Shown here piece after piece: positions 43,561 to 52,461 of a stretch of 64,000 nt of DNA. How positions within the stretch are numbered: position 1 is the first letter of the stretch; each line of letters opens with the position of its first letter. This DNA comes from Trueperaceae bacterium. GTDB lineage: Bacteria; Deinococcota; Deinococci; Deinococcales; Trueperaceae. Under the pieces are notes generated by a model that saw nothing but the letters and a program-made list of their open reading frames with translations, was not told the DNA's origin and ran no database searches. The stretch covers positions 3,616,001 to 3,680,000 of the forward strand of contig OZ243956.1 of assembly GCA_965214405.1 (NCBI GenBank). The letters run 5' to 3'. A program made the position numbers and the translations under genes.

Positions 43561-44325
43561 GTGAAACGCGTAAGGTACAAGGATTCGAACGTTGTCAATG
43601 GCGTCCGCTGGGGCGAACTGGAGGGCGGCGAGGTCTATCCGCTGGACGGCGTCATGGGGAGGCGTGAGGGCTCGAGCCTCTCCCTCTCGGGCGTAACCCT
43701 GCTCGCCCCTTGCGAGCCGCGCGTGATTGTCTGCGTGGGCAAAAATTACGCCAGGCATATTAAAGAGATGGGCGGGGCCGATTTGCCCAAGGAGCCGGGG
43801 CTTTTTTTGAAGGGCCTCAACACCCTCACCAATCCCGGCGACCCCATCCCCTACCCGAGTTGGACGAACGAACTGCATTTTGAGGGCGAGCTGGCGGTCG
43901 TGATAGGTCGCACGCTGCAAAACGTTAGGGCGGACGAGGCGCTTTCTTACCTTCTCGGCTACACCTGCGCTTGCGACGTGACCGCGCGCGACAAGCAGCG
44001 GAGCGACCTTCAGTGGGCGCGGGGCAAGTCGGCGGACGGGTTTTGTCCGGTGGGGCCGTGGCTCGAGACCGACTTGGACCCCACCCGTTTAAGCGTGCAA
44101 ACCCGCGTCAACGGTGAAACGAAGCAAGACGGCTCCACCGCCGACATGATTTTCCCGGTGGCGGCGGTGCTGGCCTACATCAGCACGTTTATGACGCTCC
44201 ATCCGGGCGACTTAGTCCTAACCGGCACCCCCGACGGCGTGGGGCCTTTACAGGTGGGGGACAAGGTTGAAGTTGAGGTCGAGGGTGTCGGCACGCTCAC
44301 GAACACCGTCGAGAGGGCTCGGTGA
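43561..44325 (+). CDS. Fumarylacetoacetate hydrolase family protein
   Basis: CVGKNY..H, HFEGELAVVIG, DVTARD, TGTP. Confidence 0.92.
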   Translation: MKRVRYKDSNVVNGVRWGELEGGEVYPLDGVMGRREGSSLSLSGVTLLAPCEPRVIVCVGKNYARHIKEMGGADLPKEPGLFLKGLNTLTNPGDPIPYPSWTNELHFEGELAVVIGRTLQNVRADEALSYLLGYTCACDVTARDKQRSDLQWARGKSADGFCPVGPWLETDLDPTRLSVQTRVNGETKQDGSTADMIFPVAAVLAYISTFMTLHPGDLVLTGTPDGVGPLQVGDKVEVEVEGVGTLTNTVERAR

Positions 44326-45266
44326 CCGACTTTCCTCTCGTGCAAGATTTGGGCGGCGTGTTCCTCCTCGACACCCGGCACGGCGGTTTGCAGGGGACGG
44401 TAGGAAGTTACCTGCTCCCCGGCGAGGGCGGACGCTTTGCCCTCATCGAGAGCGGCCCCGCCTCGACCCTGCCGACGCTCCTGGAAGGGGTTCGTGAGGC
44501 GGGTTTCAAGCCCCAGAACCTGAGCAACGTGCTCGTGACGCACATCCACCTAGACCACGCCGGGGCCGCGGGCACGCTCGCGCGCGAGTACGGCGCGACG
44601 GTGTGGGTTCATGAAAACGGCGCGCCTCACATCAAAGACCCGTCCCGCCTCCTCAGCAGCGCCCGCCGCGTTTACGGTGACGAGATGGACGCGCTCTGGG
44701 GCACCGTCGAGGCCGTCCCCGAGGCGCAGGTGCGGGCGCTTTCTGACGGTGACACTTTTGAGCTTTCCGGCCACTCTGTACGCGTGTTGGAGACGCCGGG
44801 GCACGCCTCGAGCCACCTAAGCTATTTCTTAGACGACAAAACGATGTTCACCGGCGACGCCGCCGCCATCAAGCTGCCCGGTTCAGACGTCGTGCGCCCC
44901 GCGACCGCGCCGCCTGAAATCGACTTGGAGGCCTGGGAAGAGAGTCTTGACGCGATGCTCTACGCCGCACCCGACCGCCTCCTGCTCACCCACTTTGGCG
45001 AGGTCAGGGACGTAGCGGCGCATCTTAAAAAGGTGCGCGAGCGCACCCACGCCTGGGCGGCGGAGGTGCTGGCGGGCTTGAGAGCGGGCGAGAACGACGC
45101 GGCTTTGGTCGCGCGCATCTCCCGCGCGGGCGAAGCGGAGTTAGAGGCCGACGGCGCGTCGCCCGAGGCCAGGGTGCGCCACCGCACGACCTCGAACGAC
45201 GAGATGAGCGCGGCGGGGCTCAAGCGGTATTGGCAGAAGCGTCACCCGGAGCGCATCGGGGGCTAA
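44322..45266 (+). CDS. MBL-fold metallo-hydrolase
   Basis: THIHLDHAG, PGHASSH, FTGD, THFG. Confidence 0.9.
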   Translation: MTDFPLVQDLGGVFLLDTRHGGLQGTVGSYLLPGEGGRFALIESGPASTLPTLLEGVREAGFKPQNLSNVLVTHIHLDHAGAAGTLAREYGATVWVHENGAPHIKDPSRLLSSARRVYGDEMDALWGTVEAVPEAQVRALSDGDTFELSGHSVRVLETPGHASSHLSYFLDDKTMFTGDAAAIKLPGSDVVRPATAPPEIDLEAWEESLDAMLYAAPDRLLLTHFGEVRDVAAHLKKVRERTHAWAAEVLAGLRAGENDAALVARISRAGEAELEADGASPEARVRHRTTSNDEMSAAGLKRYWQKRHPERIGG

Positions 45267-45275
45267 GGGGGAACT

Positions 45276-45352
45276 GAGTACCGAGTACCCAGTACCGAGT
45301 TGAAAGTATGCTCAATACTCATCACTATACTCATTACTCGGTCCTCGGCACT
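45276..45352. repeat. Heptamer-phased tandem/inverted repeat (GAGTACC)n ... (ACTCGGT-like)n
   Basis: GAGTACC GAGTACC CAGTACC GAGT, then complementary ACTCGGTCCTCGGCACT; related copies at 41350-41374 and 29522-29536. Confidence 0.65.
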
Positions 45353-45501
45353 TTCCTTTTCACCTACGCCAAACCCCGCACGCCAAACAAGGTATACTTT
45401 CTCTATGCACGGTTCTTTTCACCCGCTCGAGCCCCAACGATCGCGTTCTTCGTCCTTCTAACGCCTCTCCCGTACGCTCGAGCCCACCGAAAGGAACGTC
45501 T

Positions 45502-46977
45502 GTGCCCGAAACACAAGCTGCCAGTATAGAAACGCTTCCAGCAAAGCCCGGTAACAAATCCGCCAAACCTGTCAAGCCCGTCTACCGCGAGATCTTAGCC
45601 GACTTAGAAACGCCCTTAACCGCCTACCTCAAGGTGGCGGGGCATCCCGCGTTTTTGCTCGAGAGCGTCGAGCAGGGCGAGCGCGTCGCGCGTTACTCGT
45701 TTATCGGGACGGGGGAGAGGCGGCGGCTTTCTGCTAGGGGGCGCACCGTCACCCTCACCACCGCGGAGGGGGCCGAGACGTTCGAGTCGGACGACCCGTT
45801 GCGCCTGCTGTGGGATTTGACCGTGCGCGACACGGTCGACGACCCCGCGCTGCCCGACTTTTGGGCGGGCGCGGTGGGATACGCGGCTTACGACCTCGTC
45901 CGGCTTTACGAGGGGTTGCCCGACGCGAATCCCGACGAGTTGGGTGTGCCCGACCTGCTCTTCGTTGAGCCCGAGGTGCTCATCATTTTCGACCACTTAA
46001 AGCGCCGCATCTTTATCGTCGCGCCCGCAGAAGTAGACAACGCCGCCGACGAGGCGCGCGCTGGCGCGTTGGTTGAGCGCGCGTACGAAAGGCTGCGCGG
46101 CCCCCTGCCGGGCGTGCCGGGCGACCGGGCGGGGCGGCGGGTGGCGTTTCGGAGTAACTTCACCCGCGAGGGCTACATGGCCGCGGTGGAGCGGGCGGTT
46201 GAATACATCCACGCGGGCGACATCTTTCAGGTCGTGCCGAGCCAGCGTCTTACCGCCGACTTGGGCGTGCATCCCTTTGCCTTGTACCGCGCGCTGCGCG
46301 TGGTCAACCCGAGTCCCTATCTGGGCTACTTGGATTTAGGCCCCGTGACGCTGGTGGCAAGTTCGCCTGAAAGCTTAGTAAGGAGCGACGGCTCGTGGGT
46401 CGAAACGCTGCCCATCGCGGGTACCCGCAAGCGTGGGGTGACAAAGGAGGAGGACGCCGCGCTCGCCGCGGAGCTCTCGGGTGACGACAAAGAGCGCGCC
46501 GAGCACATCATGCTGGTGGATTTGGGCCGCAACGATTTGGGCCGCGTTTGCAAGTTTGGCAGCGTCAGGGTGACCGACCTCATGCGCGTGGAGCGTTACA
46601 GCCACGTGATGCACCTCGTCTCGAGCGTGCGGGGCGAGCTGGCGGCGGGCCGCACGCCCTTGGACGCGCTCTCGAGCACCCTCCCGATGGGCACCGCCTC
46701 GGGCGCGCCCAAGGTGCGCGCGATGGAGATTATTGACGAGTTGGAGCCCGTCCGCCGCGGCCCCTACGCCGGGGCCTTTGGCTACGTGAGTGCGGGTGGC
46801 GCGATGGACATGGCCCTGACGCTTCGGACGATGGTCATCGCCAACGGCAAACTTCTCTTGCAGGCGGGCGGCGGCGTGGTCGCCGATTCCGACCCGGCGT
46901 TTGAGTATCAGGAGTCGCTGAATAAGCTCGAGGCGCTGCGGCGGGCCGTCGAACTGGCGACGGAAGGGCTGGCGTGA
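45502..46977 (+). CDS. trpE: Anthranilate synthase component I
   Basis: LLESVE, GDIFQVV, NPSPY, SSPE, PIAGT, EHIMLVDLGRND, SGAPKVRAM. Confidence 0.95.
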   Translation: MPETQAASIETLPAKPGNKSAKPVKPVYREILADLETPLTAYLKVAGHPAFLLESVEQGERVARYSFIGTGERRRLSARGRTVTLTTAEGAETFESDDPLRLLWDLTVRDTVDDPALPDFWAGAVGYAAYDLVRLYEGLPDANPDELGVPDLLFVEPEVLIIFDHLKRRIFIVAPAEVDNAADEARAGALVERAYERLRGPLPGVPGDRAGRRVAFRSNFTREGYMAAVERAVEYIHAGDIFQVVPSQRLTADLGVHPFALYRALRVVNPSPYLGYLDLGPVTLVASSPESLVRSDGSWVETLPIAGTRKRGVTKEEDAALAAELSGDDKERAEHIMLVDLGRNDLGRVCKFGSVRVTDLMRVERYSHVMHLVSSVRGELAAGRTPLDALSSTLPMGTASGAPKVRAMEIIDELEPVRRGPYAGAFGYVSAGGAMDMALTLRTMVIANGKLLLQAGGGVVADSDPAFEYQESLNKLEALRRAVELATEGLA

Positions 46978-47071
46978 ACTATTTGACTGCCCCATTCCCT
47001 TCGGTTTTTCCTCCTCGCGCATCTTTTTTGTCCATCTGTAAAGACCGTATAATTGCAAAGAGCACACCCGT

Positions 47072-47674
47072 ATGAAAAAAGTTTTGGTCATCGACAACTA
47101 CGACTCGTTTACTTACAACCTCGTGCAGTACCTCGGCGAATTGGGCGCGGCCCCGACGGTGTGGCGCAACAATCAGTTCGACTTGGACGACGTCGGCGCG
47201 TTCCGTCCCGACGGCGTCGTCGTGTCCCCCGGCCCTTGCACGCCCGCCGAGGCGGGGCACTCCGTCGAGGTTATCAGGCGTTACGGCGAGCACACGCCTA
47301 TTTTCGGTGTATGCTTGGGGCACCAGAGTATCGGCGCGGCCTACGGGGCGGCGGTCGTGCGCGCGCCAAAAATCATGCACGGCAAAACGAGCGAGGTGCG
47401 CCACGACGGCACCGCCTCGTTCAAAAATTTGGCTGACAAGGTCACGGCGACGCGCTACCACTCGCTTATGGTGAGAGATTTGCCTGACGCGCTCGTTGCG
47501 AATGCCTGGGCGGATGATGAGGTAGAGGGCGAAGTGGGCGGCGCGGGCAGAGAGGAGATTATCATGGGTTTGCGGCATAAAGACTTTCCGGTCTGGGGGG
47601 TGCAGTTCCACCCCGAGAGCGTCCTCACCGAGACGGGCCACGCGATGCTCCAGAACTTTCTCGACATCCTCTGA
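47072..47674 (+). CDS. trpG: Anthranilate synthase component II (glutamine amidotransferase)
   Basis: IDNYDSFTYNL, SPGP, GVCLGHQ, GVQFHPES. Confidence 0.93.
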   Translation: MKKVLVIDNYDSFTYNLVQYLGELGAAPTVWRNNQFDLDDVGAFRPDGVVVSPGPCTPAEAGHSVEVIRRYGEHTPIFGVCLGHQSIGAAYGAAVVRAPKIMHGKTSEVRHDGTASFKNLADKVTATRYHSLMVRDLPDALVANAWADDEVEGEVGGAGREEIIMGLRHKDFPVWGVQFHPESVLTETGHAMLQNFLDIL

Positions 47675-48534
47675 TGGCCCCCGTAATGACACCAGAGATA
47701 AGCATCATCACCGTGACGAGCGCCCGGCGCGCGCTGCTCGCCAAGAAGCTGGAAAGTCTCGCCAAACAGACGCTCTCCCCGGAAAAGTTTGAGCTTGTGC
47801 TTTATGTAAATGAGCAGGGCGATGACGTGAAGGAGGTTCTCGAGCAGGCCCGACCCTCCTTCCACGTGACCGTCCTAGCGCCGCCCGATGTGGAGGCTGG
47901 GGTGAGCGCCGCCCGCGCGCGTAATGCGTGTGTAGAGGCCGCGGGGGCGCAAATCTTGTATTTTTCGGATGACGACTGTTTGTTGGAACCCGCGACGCTC
48001 GAGCGGCACCTAGCGTCCCAAAACAGCGGCTTCCGGGTGTCGGTGGGGCCGGTGGCGTTTGAGCACGAGGCCCGGACCCGCGAAACACCCTTAAAGCGCG
48101 TGCGCTACTGGAACCTCAACGGGGCCAACACAAGCTTACCCACGCTCGCCTTTCGCGCGGTGGGCGGTTTTGACGAGACGGTCAAGGGCTACGGCATGGA
48201 GGACGTGCTGCTCGGGTACGCCTTGGAGCGCGAGGGCCTACCCTTTGCCGCGTTGCCCGAGGCAAGGGTGCGTCACATCGGCCCCGACCCGCGGCGCTCG
48301 GGCGACGTGAGTAAAGGCGAGAGCGCGGGCCGCAACGCGGTGCGCATCGCGTCGCGCCATCCCGACTTGTCGCTCCGCTTGGGCGTGCATCCGGTGTCCC
48401 TAATCGCCAAGCGCCTCGCGCTCTGGCCGCCCTACGGCGCGGTGTGGCGCGGTCTCGACCGGCCCACCTACACCTACGAGCGGGCTTATTTAGCGGGGGC
48501 CATCGACGAACGCAGGAGGAGCGGACGTGGCTAA
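47674..48534 (+). CDS. GT2-family glycosyltransferase
   Basis: SAARARN, FSDDD DxD motif, GANTS, VGGFDE..GYGMED. Confidence 0.85.
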   Translation: MAPVMTPEISIITVTSARRALLAKKLESLAKQTLSPEKFELVLYVNEQGDDVKEVLEQARPSFHVTVLAPPDVEAGVSAARARNACVEAAGAQILYFSDDDCLLEPATLERHLASQNSGFRVSVGPVAFEHEARTRETPLKRVRYWNLNGANTSLPTLAFRAVGGFDETVKGYGMEDVLLGYALEREGLPFAALPEARVRHIGPDPRRSGDVSKGESAGRNAVRIASRHPDLSLRLGVHPVSLIAKRLALWPPYGAVWRGLDRPTYTYERAYLAGAIDERRRSGRG

Positions 48535-49573
48535 TCCCCCGACTGCTCATGTAGACGCCGACATTACCACCCTTTTGGGCGACGTATTCAGCGGCAAAAC
48601 CCTGGGCCGCGACCGCGCGCGCTTCGTGATGGGCGAACTCATGGACGGCAAACTCTCGCAGATGCAGGCGGCGGCCCTTCTCGCGGCGCTACGCACGCGC
48701 GGCGAGACGGTCGAAGAAATCGTGGGTTTCGCCGAGGCGATGCGCGCTCGAGCCGTCCAGGTGCCCGTGAGGGGGGACGTTCCCCTTCTAGACATCGTCG
48801 GCACGGGCGGCACCGGCATCAACACCTTTAATATCAGCACCGCGACGCTTTTCGTGGTGGCGGCGGCGGGGGTGAGAATCGCCAAGCACGGCAACCGCGG
48901 CGTCACCCGCAAGTCGGGCTCGGCGGACGTGCTGGAGCGCCTGGGCGTGGTGCTCGACCAGTCACCGGGGCGGTTGGCGGAGAGCCTCGAGGCGACCGGC
49001 TTGGCCTTTCTCTACGCCAAGGCGCACCACCCCGCGATGAAGTTCGTCGCGCCCATCCGCGCGGACATCCGCGCGCGCACCATTTTTAACTCGTTAGGAC
49101 CGCTCACCAACCCCGCGTCGGCGGATCATCAGCTTATGGGCGTCTTCGACCCCGCGCTCACCGAACCCTTGGCGGAGGTGCTGGGGGGCTTGGGCGTCAC
49201 GCGCGCGCTGGTGGTTCACGGCGACGGTTTGGACGAACTCACCGTCTGCGGCCCCAACCGCGTGAGCGAACTCGATAAGGGCGCGGTGCGGACCTTCGAG
49301 CTAACCCCCGAGGCGCTGGGGCTCAACCGTTACCCGTTAGAGGACGTGCTGGGCGGCGAGCCCGAAGAGAACGCCAAGACCATCCGCCGTCTTCTAAAGG
49401 GCGAGATTGGGGGCGCGAAACGCGACATCGTCTTGCTCAACGCAGGCGCGGCCCTCTACCTTATGGACAAAGCGGCGAGCACCGAAGCGGGTATCGGCGC
49501 GGCGGCGGCGCTGATCGACGACGGTAAAGCGTTGGCGAAGCTCGAGCAGTACGTCGCTTTTAGCCAAGCGTAA
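48527..49573 (+). CDS. trpD: Anthranilate phosphoribosyltransferase
   Basis: DIVGTGG, FNIST, AKHGNR, GSADVL, GPLTNP, DGLDE. Confidence 0.95.
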   Translation: MANPPTAHVDADITTLLGDVFSGKTLGRDRARFVMGELMDGKLSQMQAAALLAALRTRGETVEEIVGFAEAMRARAVQVPVRGDVPLLDIVGTGGTGINTFNISTATLFVVAAAGVRIAKHGNRGVTRKSGSADVLERLGVVLDQSPGRLAESLEATGLAFLYAKAHHPAMKFVAPIRADIRARTIFNSLGPLTNPASADHQLMGVFDPALTEPLAEVLGGLGVTRALVVHGDGLDELTVCGPNRVSELDKGAVRTFELTPEALGLNRYPLEDVLGGEPEENAKTIRRLLKGEIGGAKRDIVLLNAGAALYLMDKAASTEAGIGAAAALIDDGKALAKLEQYVAFSQA

Positions 49574-49602
49574 AGTTCACGCCTTCAAGTAAGGATTACA
49601 GG

Positions 49603-49630
49603 GCGCGCGTCTCTAAGATGCGCGCTTTTT
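49603..49630 (+). terminator. Intrinsic terminator of the trp cluster
   Basis: GCGCGCGTCT-CTA-AGATGCGCGC-TTTTT. Confidence 0.75.
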
Positions 49631-49670
49631 ACCAAGTCACGCCAATCATGGGTTTCGTTGGGTAGTCGAG

Positions 49671-50066
49671 TTGGAGGTTGTGATGAACGGGGTAACGGTG
49701 ACGGATGAAACGCCAGATGGAAGATTCTTGGCGGTGTCACTGTACGATGTCCTGGTTGTGCTCGGGGGTAAAGGCGAGCACCTTCTTTGGAAAGTGTCGG
49801 ATATTGACAGCGTGGGTAGCGGGGCAGGAAAACTCCACAGATTAGGTGCTGAGAGAAAGGTTGTGGATTGGCTGACCCTGAAGGAGTTGTCGCTAACCAT
49901 TAAGCAGGTTATCGAAGGGGATTTTGAGGGTTTTGAGAAGGCTCTAATTCAACCCTACGTCGTTATTAGAGCCGTAGATGGAGGCGCTTATGATATCTAC
50001 TCGGATGACCGAGAGGTGCTGAGACGTTATATGGAGCACTTTAACGACGTTACAGAGATTGTTTAG
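49671..50066 (+). CDS. Hypothetical protein, lower GC than neighbours
   Basis: Open 131-codon frame with GGAGG near the start; no family recognised. Confidence 0.55.
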   Translation: MEVVMNGVTVTDETPDGRFLAVSLYDVLVVLGGKGEHLLWKVSDIDSVGSGAGKLHRLGAERKVVDWLTLKELSLTIKQVIEGDFEGFEKALIQPYVVIRAVDGGAYDIYSDDREVLRRYMEHFNDVTEIV

Positions 50067-50098
50067 GCCACATTATTTTATCCAGATGTAAGGCTCGC

Positions 50099-50515
50099 TC
50101 AAAAACGCTTGAAGAGGTAGACCTTTTGATTGGGTCCAGGAGGGAAGCCCTCGAGCCTGGCTAACACTTTGTACCCGTGTTTGATGTAGAAGTCGGGCGC
50201 TTGAAAACTCACCGTGTCAAGATAAGCGCCTACACAGCCTAATGACTTGGCGTAGGTTTCCGCTTTGCGTAGAAGCTGACTTCCCACCCCTAAACTCCGC
50301 GACGCTTCATGCACAACCAAGATTTCTATAAACAGCCAGTGCCAATGGATAACGAGCACCACCCCACCCATGAGCTGCCCTTGCTCGTCACGCACTACAA
50401 ACGCTTTTTGATGCGCGTTGCCGACGTCTGAGTTTGCATGGTTAAAGGCGCCGAGCATATCGGCAAGTTCTTCATTCATTTCCAGGGTGCTTTCGTCTGT
50501 TATTTCTAACGCCAT
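50099..50515 (-). CDS. GNAT-family N-acetyltransferase
   Basis: LVVHEASRSLGVGSQLL motif A, LDTVSFQAPDFY.KHGY. Confidence 0.88.
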   Translation of the reverse strand: MALEITDESTLEMNEELADMLGAFNHANSDVGNAHQKAFVVRDEQGQLMGGVVLVIHWHWLFIEILVVHEASRSLGVGSQLLRKAETYAKSLGCVGAYLDTVSFQAPDFYIKHGYKVLARLEGFPPGPNQKVYLFKRF

Positions 50516-50594
50516 GATGGTTCCTTTTCCCTCACGCCTGTTAGTGTGGAGAAAACCGCGAAGCACATTGTGAAAGGGTCAAAGTGGAAGGGTC

Positions 50595-50664
50595 AAAAAA
50601 GAGAACTTTGAGGTCTCTCCACCAGGGGGCAGCGGGGGCAGTGGAGAGGGGGCTCAAAGTTCTT
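50595..50664 (-). ncRNA. Candidate ~70-nt hairpin sRNA with tandem UGCCCCC loop motifs
   Basis: TATAGT -10 at 50676-50671, long stem (11+8 bp), 18-nt C-rich loop, terminal U-run. Confidence 0.5.
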
Positions 50665-50747
50665 AGAAAGACTATAAGCTCAGTCGCGCTTGCGAAATCT
50701 TACACAGAATTTTTCAAATCGAAAAGTTAAGGGAAGAGGCTCGAGCC

Positions 50748-50951
50748 CTAACCCGAAACCTTCTCTAAGTGAAACGTCACCTTGATGGGGTCGTCCGTCC
50801 CCTCGTCCGGATAATCCTGGTCCATAAGGCGCACGTAATACCGCTCGCCCTGCCACTCGACCGTCGCGTCGGGTTCCATAAAAGCGAGCTCGAAACGCTC
50901 CTTTTGCTCGTCGCTGAGGCGGCTGTCGTCAACCTGAATGGTTTCTGCCAT
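50748..50951 (-). CDS. Small acidic hypothetical protein
   Basis: TACACT-N6-ATG leaderless start; host-like codon usage. Confidence 0.6.
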   Translation of the reverse strand: MAETIQVDDSRLSDEQKERFELAFMEPDATVEWQGERYYVRLMDQDYPDEGTDDPIKVTFHLEKVSG

Positions 50952-50982
50952 AGCTCTAGTGTAACAGTGATGAAAAGCAGGG

Positions 50983-51043
50983 GTGAGTGATGCGTGGGTC
51001 GTGGTTAGCTTTTCTAATCACTCATCACTAGCCACTCACCACT
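50983..51043. repeat. Heptamer-phased hairpin (NNNNGTG)3 ... (CACNNNN)3
   Basis: GTGAGTG ATGCGTG GGTCGTG GTTAG / CTAAT CACTCAT CACTAGC CACTCAC CACT. Confidence 0.55.
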
Positions 51044-52078
51044 TTAGTTCCCCAGCCACTGCACCGGGTCCACCGGCGTCCCCAAGACCCGCACCTCCCA
51101 GTGCAGGTGCGGTCCCGTCACCAGACCCGTCGTGCCCACTTTGCCCAACAGGGTTCCGGCGGTGACGGTGTCGCCCTCTTCCACGTCGATTTCGCTGAGG
51201 TGGTTGTAGACGCTGCACACGCCTAGACCGTGGCGCAACATCACCGTATTGCCCCGCACGGTGAGGGGTTCGGCGAGCATGACGAGGCCGTCCGCGGGCG
51301 CGGTGATGGGCGTGCCGGTCGCGCCCCGCAAATCTTGCCCCCGGTGAAAGGAGCCGTAGGGACCGCCGTTATACGAGCGCAGCGTGCCGAAGGCCGAGGT
51401 CTGAGTTGGGCCCGCCACAGGGGAGCGGAAGGGGCCGTTCCAACGCTTGACGGCTTCAAAGGGGCGGCAAAGCGTTTCGATGCGCGCCGACTCCGCGGTG
51501 GTGAGCGCCGGGTCGAGGAGCTTGCTCGTCTCGGCTGACAGGGTGATGTTCTCGCGCGCGTAGCCGCCGGACGCGACGCGGACGGGCAGCGAGAGAACAA
51601 CTTCGTCGTTTTGGAGAAGCTCGAGCGCAACCACCCCCACCTCCTGAAGCACGGGCACCGCGAGCACCGCCTCTTGCACATGGCGTGAGGGTGACGCCTG
51701 AGCGGGTGCCAGAGCGTAGTCCACGCCAAGAAAGCGCGCGCGCAAGGGCGCGTCCGTCCGGGTCTCGACCGAAAGCATAAGCGCCCGCCCCTGCACGCCC
51801 GTTTGCGGCTCGAGCGTCACCTCCTCAAAGGGCGCGGGCAGCGGGTTCGGCCAGGCAATGTCGGGGGCGAGGGTGAGGACTTGGCCCACCTCGAGCGCGT
51901 TGGGATTCGCAAGATTGTTGAGGCCCACAAGTTCGCTTACGCTCACCCCAAACTGTGCGGCGATGCGGGTGAGGGTGTCGCCGGGTTGGACGGTGTAGGT
52001 GCTCGGTTGCGCCAGGGCGAGGGAAAAGGCGCTCAGCAACAGCGCGATCAAAAAAGGTGATTTCATAGGCTCGAGCAT
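51044..52078 (-). CDS. LysM + M23 peptidase family protein
   Basis: Signal peptide, YTVQPGDTL LysM, HRGQD, YNH and GPHLHWE M23 motifs. Confidence 0.92.
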   Translation of the reverse strand: MLEPMKSPFLIALLLSAFSLALAQPSTYTVQPGDTLTRIAAQFGVSVSELVGLNNLANPNALEVGQVLTLAPDIAWPNPLPAPFEEVTLEPQTGVQGRALMLSVETRTDAPLRARFLGVDYALAPAQASPSRHVQEAVLAVPVLQEVGVVALELLQNDEVVLSLPVRVASGGYARENITLSAETSKLLDPALTTAESARIETLCRPFEAVKRWNGPFRSPVAGPTQTSAFGTLRSYNGGPYGSFHRGQDLRGATGTPITAPADGLVMLAEPLTVRGNTVMLRHGLGVCSVYNHLSEIDVEEGDTVTAGTLLGKVGTTGLVTGPHLHWEVRVLGTPVDPVQWLGN

Positions 52079-52196
52079 ACCTCCAGGTTCCTAAACCCAT
52101 GTAGGAGGGTGAAAAGGCTCACGTGGTTCAGGGTCGCGCTTGCTGTCCTCCCCGACGAAGGGTTGAGAAGTAGGGTTGAGAAGTGCTGACCCTATA

Positions 52197-52226
52197 TTGA
52201 CAGGACCCCTTCGGGCGGTGCATACT
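52197..52226 (+). promoter_or_regulatory. Promoter upstream of the RIO1 leader
   Basis: TTGACA-N18-CATACT. Confidence 0.6.
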
Positions 52227-52254
52227 AAACGAGTTCTGTGAAAGGGGTGACGCT

Positions 52255-52335
52255 ATGCCAATCTATACCTTTGCACCTGCACCATCCGCCAGGCGCGCGG
52301 CCCCTTCGTGTACTTTTTATCCGCGTCTTTCCTAA
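52255..52335 (+). CDS. Putative 26-aa leader peptide MPIYTFAPAPSARRAAPSCTFYPRLS
   Basis: AAAGGGGTGA RBS at 52241-52250, ATG 52255, TAA 52333-52335, embedded in nested inverted repeats. Confidence 0.4.
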   Translation: MPIYTFAPAPSARRAAPSCTFYPRLS

Positions 52336-52461
52336 ACGCATAAAAAGGTTCTCAACCCACCTCGGCCGCGCGCCCCGTGCTACTCACACTATGGACACGG
52401 CACCATTGACGTGGGCGACACCCCCGTCAGCCGCGAGGCCCGTTTTGGGCAGAGGAGCCTT

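Noticed and set aside
45276..45352. CRISPR array
   Set aside because: Units are 7 bp with no spacers, and no cas genes are present
45308..45501. trpL attenuator peptide upstream of trpE
   Set aside because: Short frames here contain no Trp codons and I see no terminator/antiterminator pair or T-box
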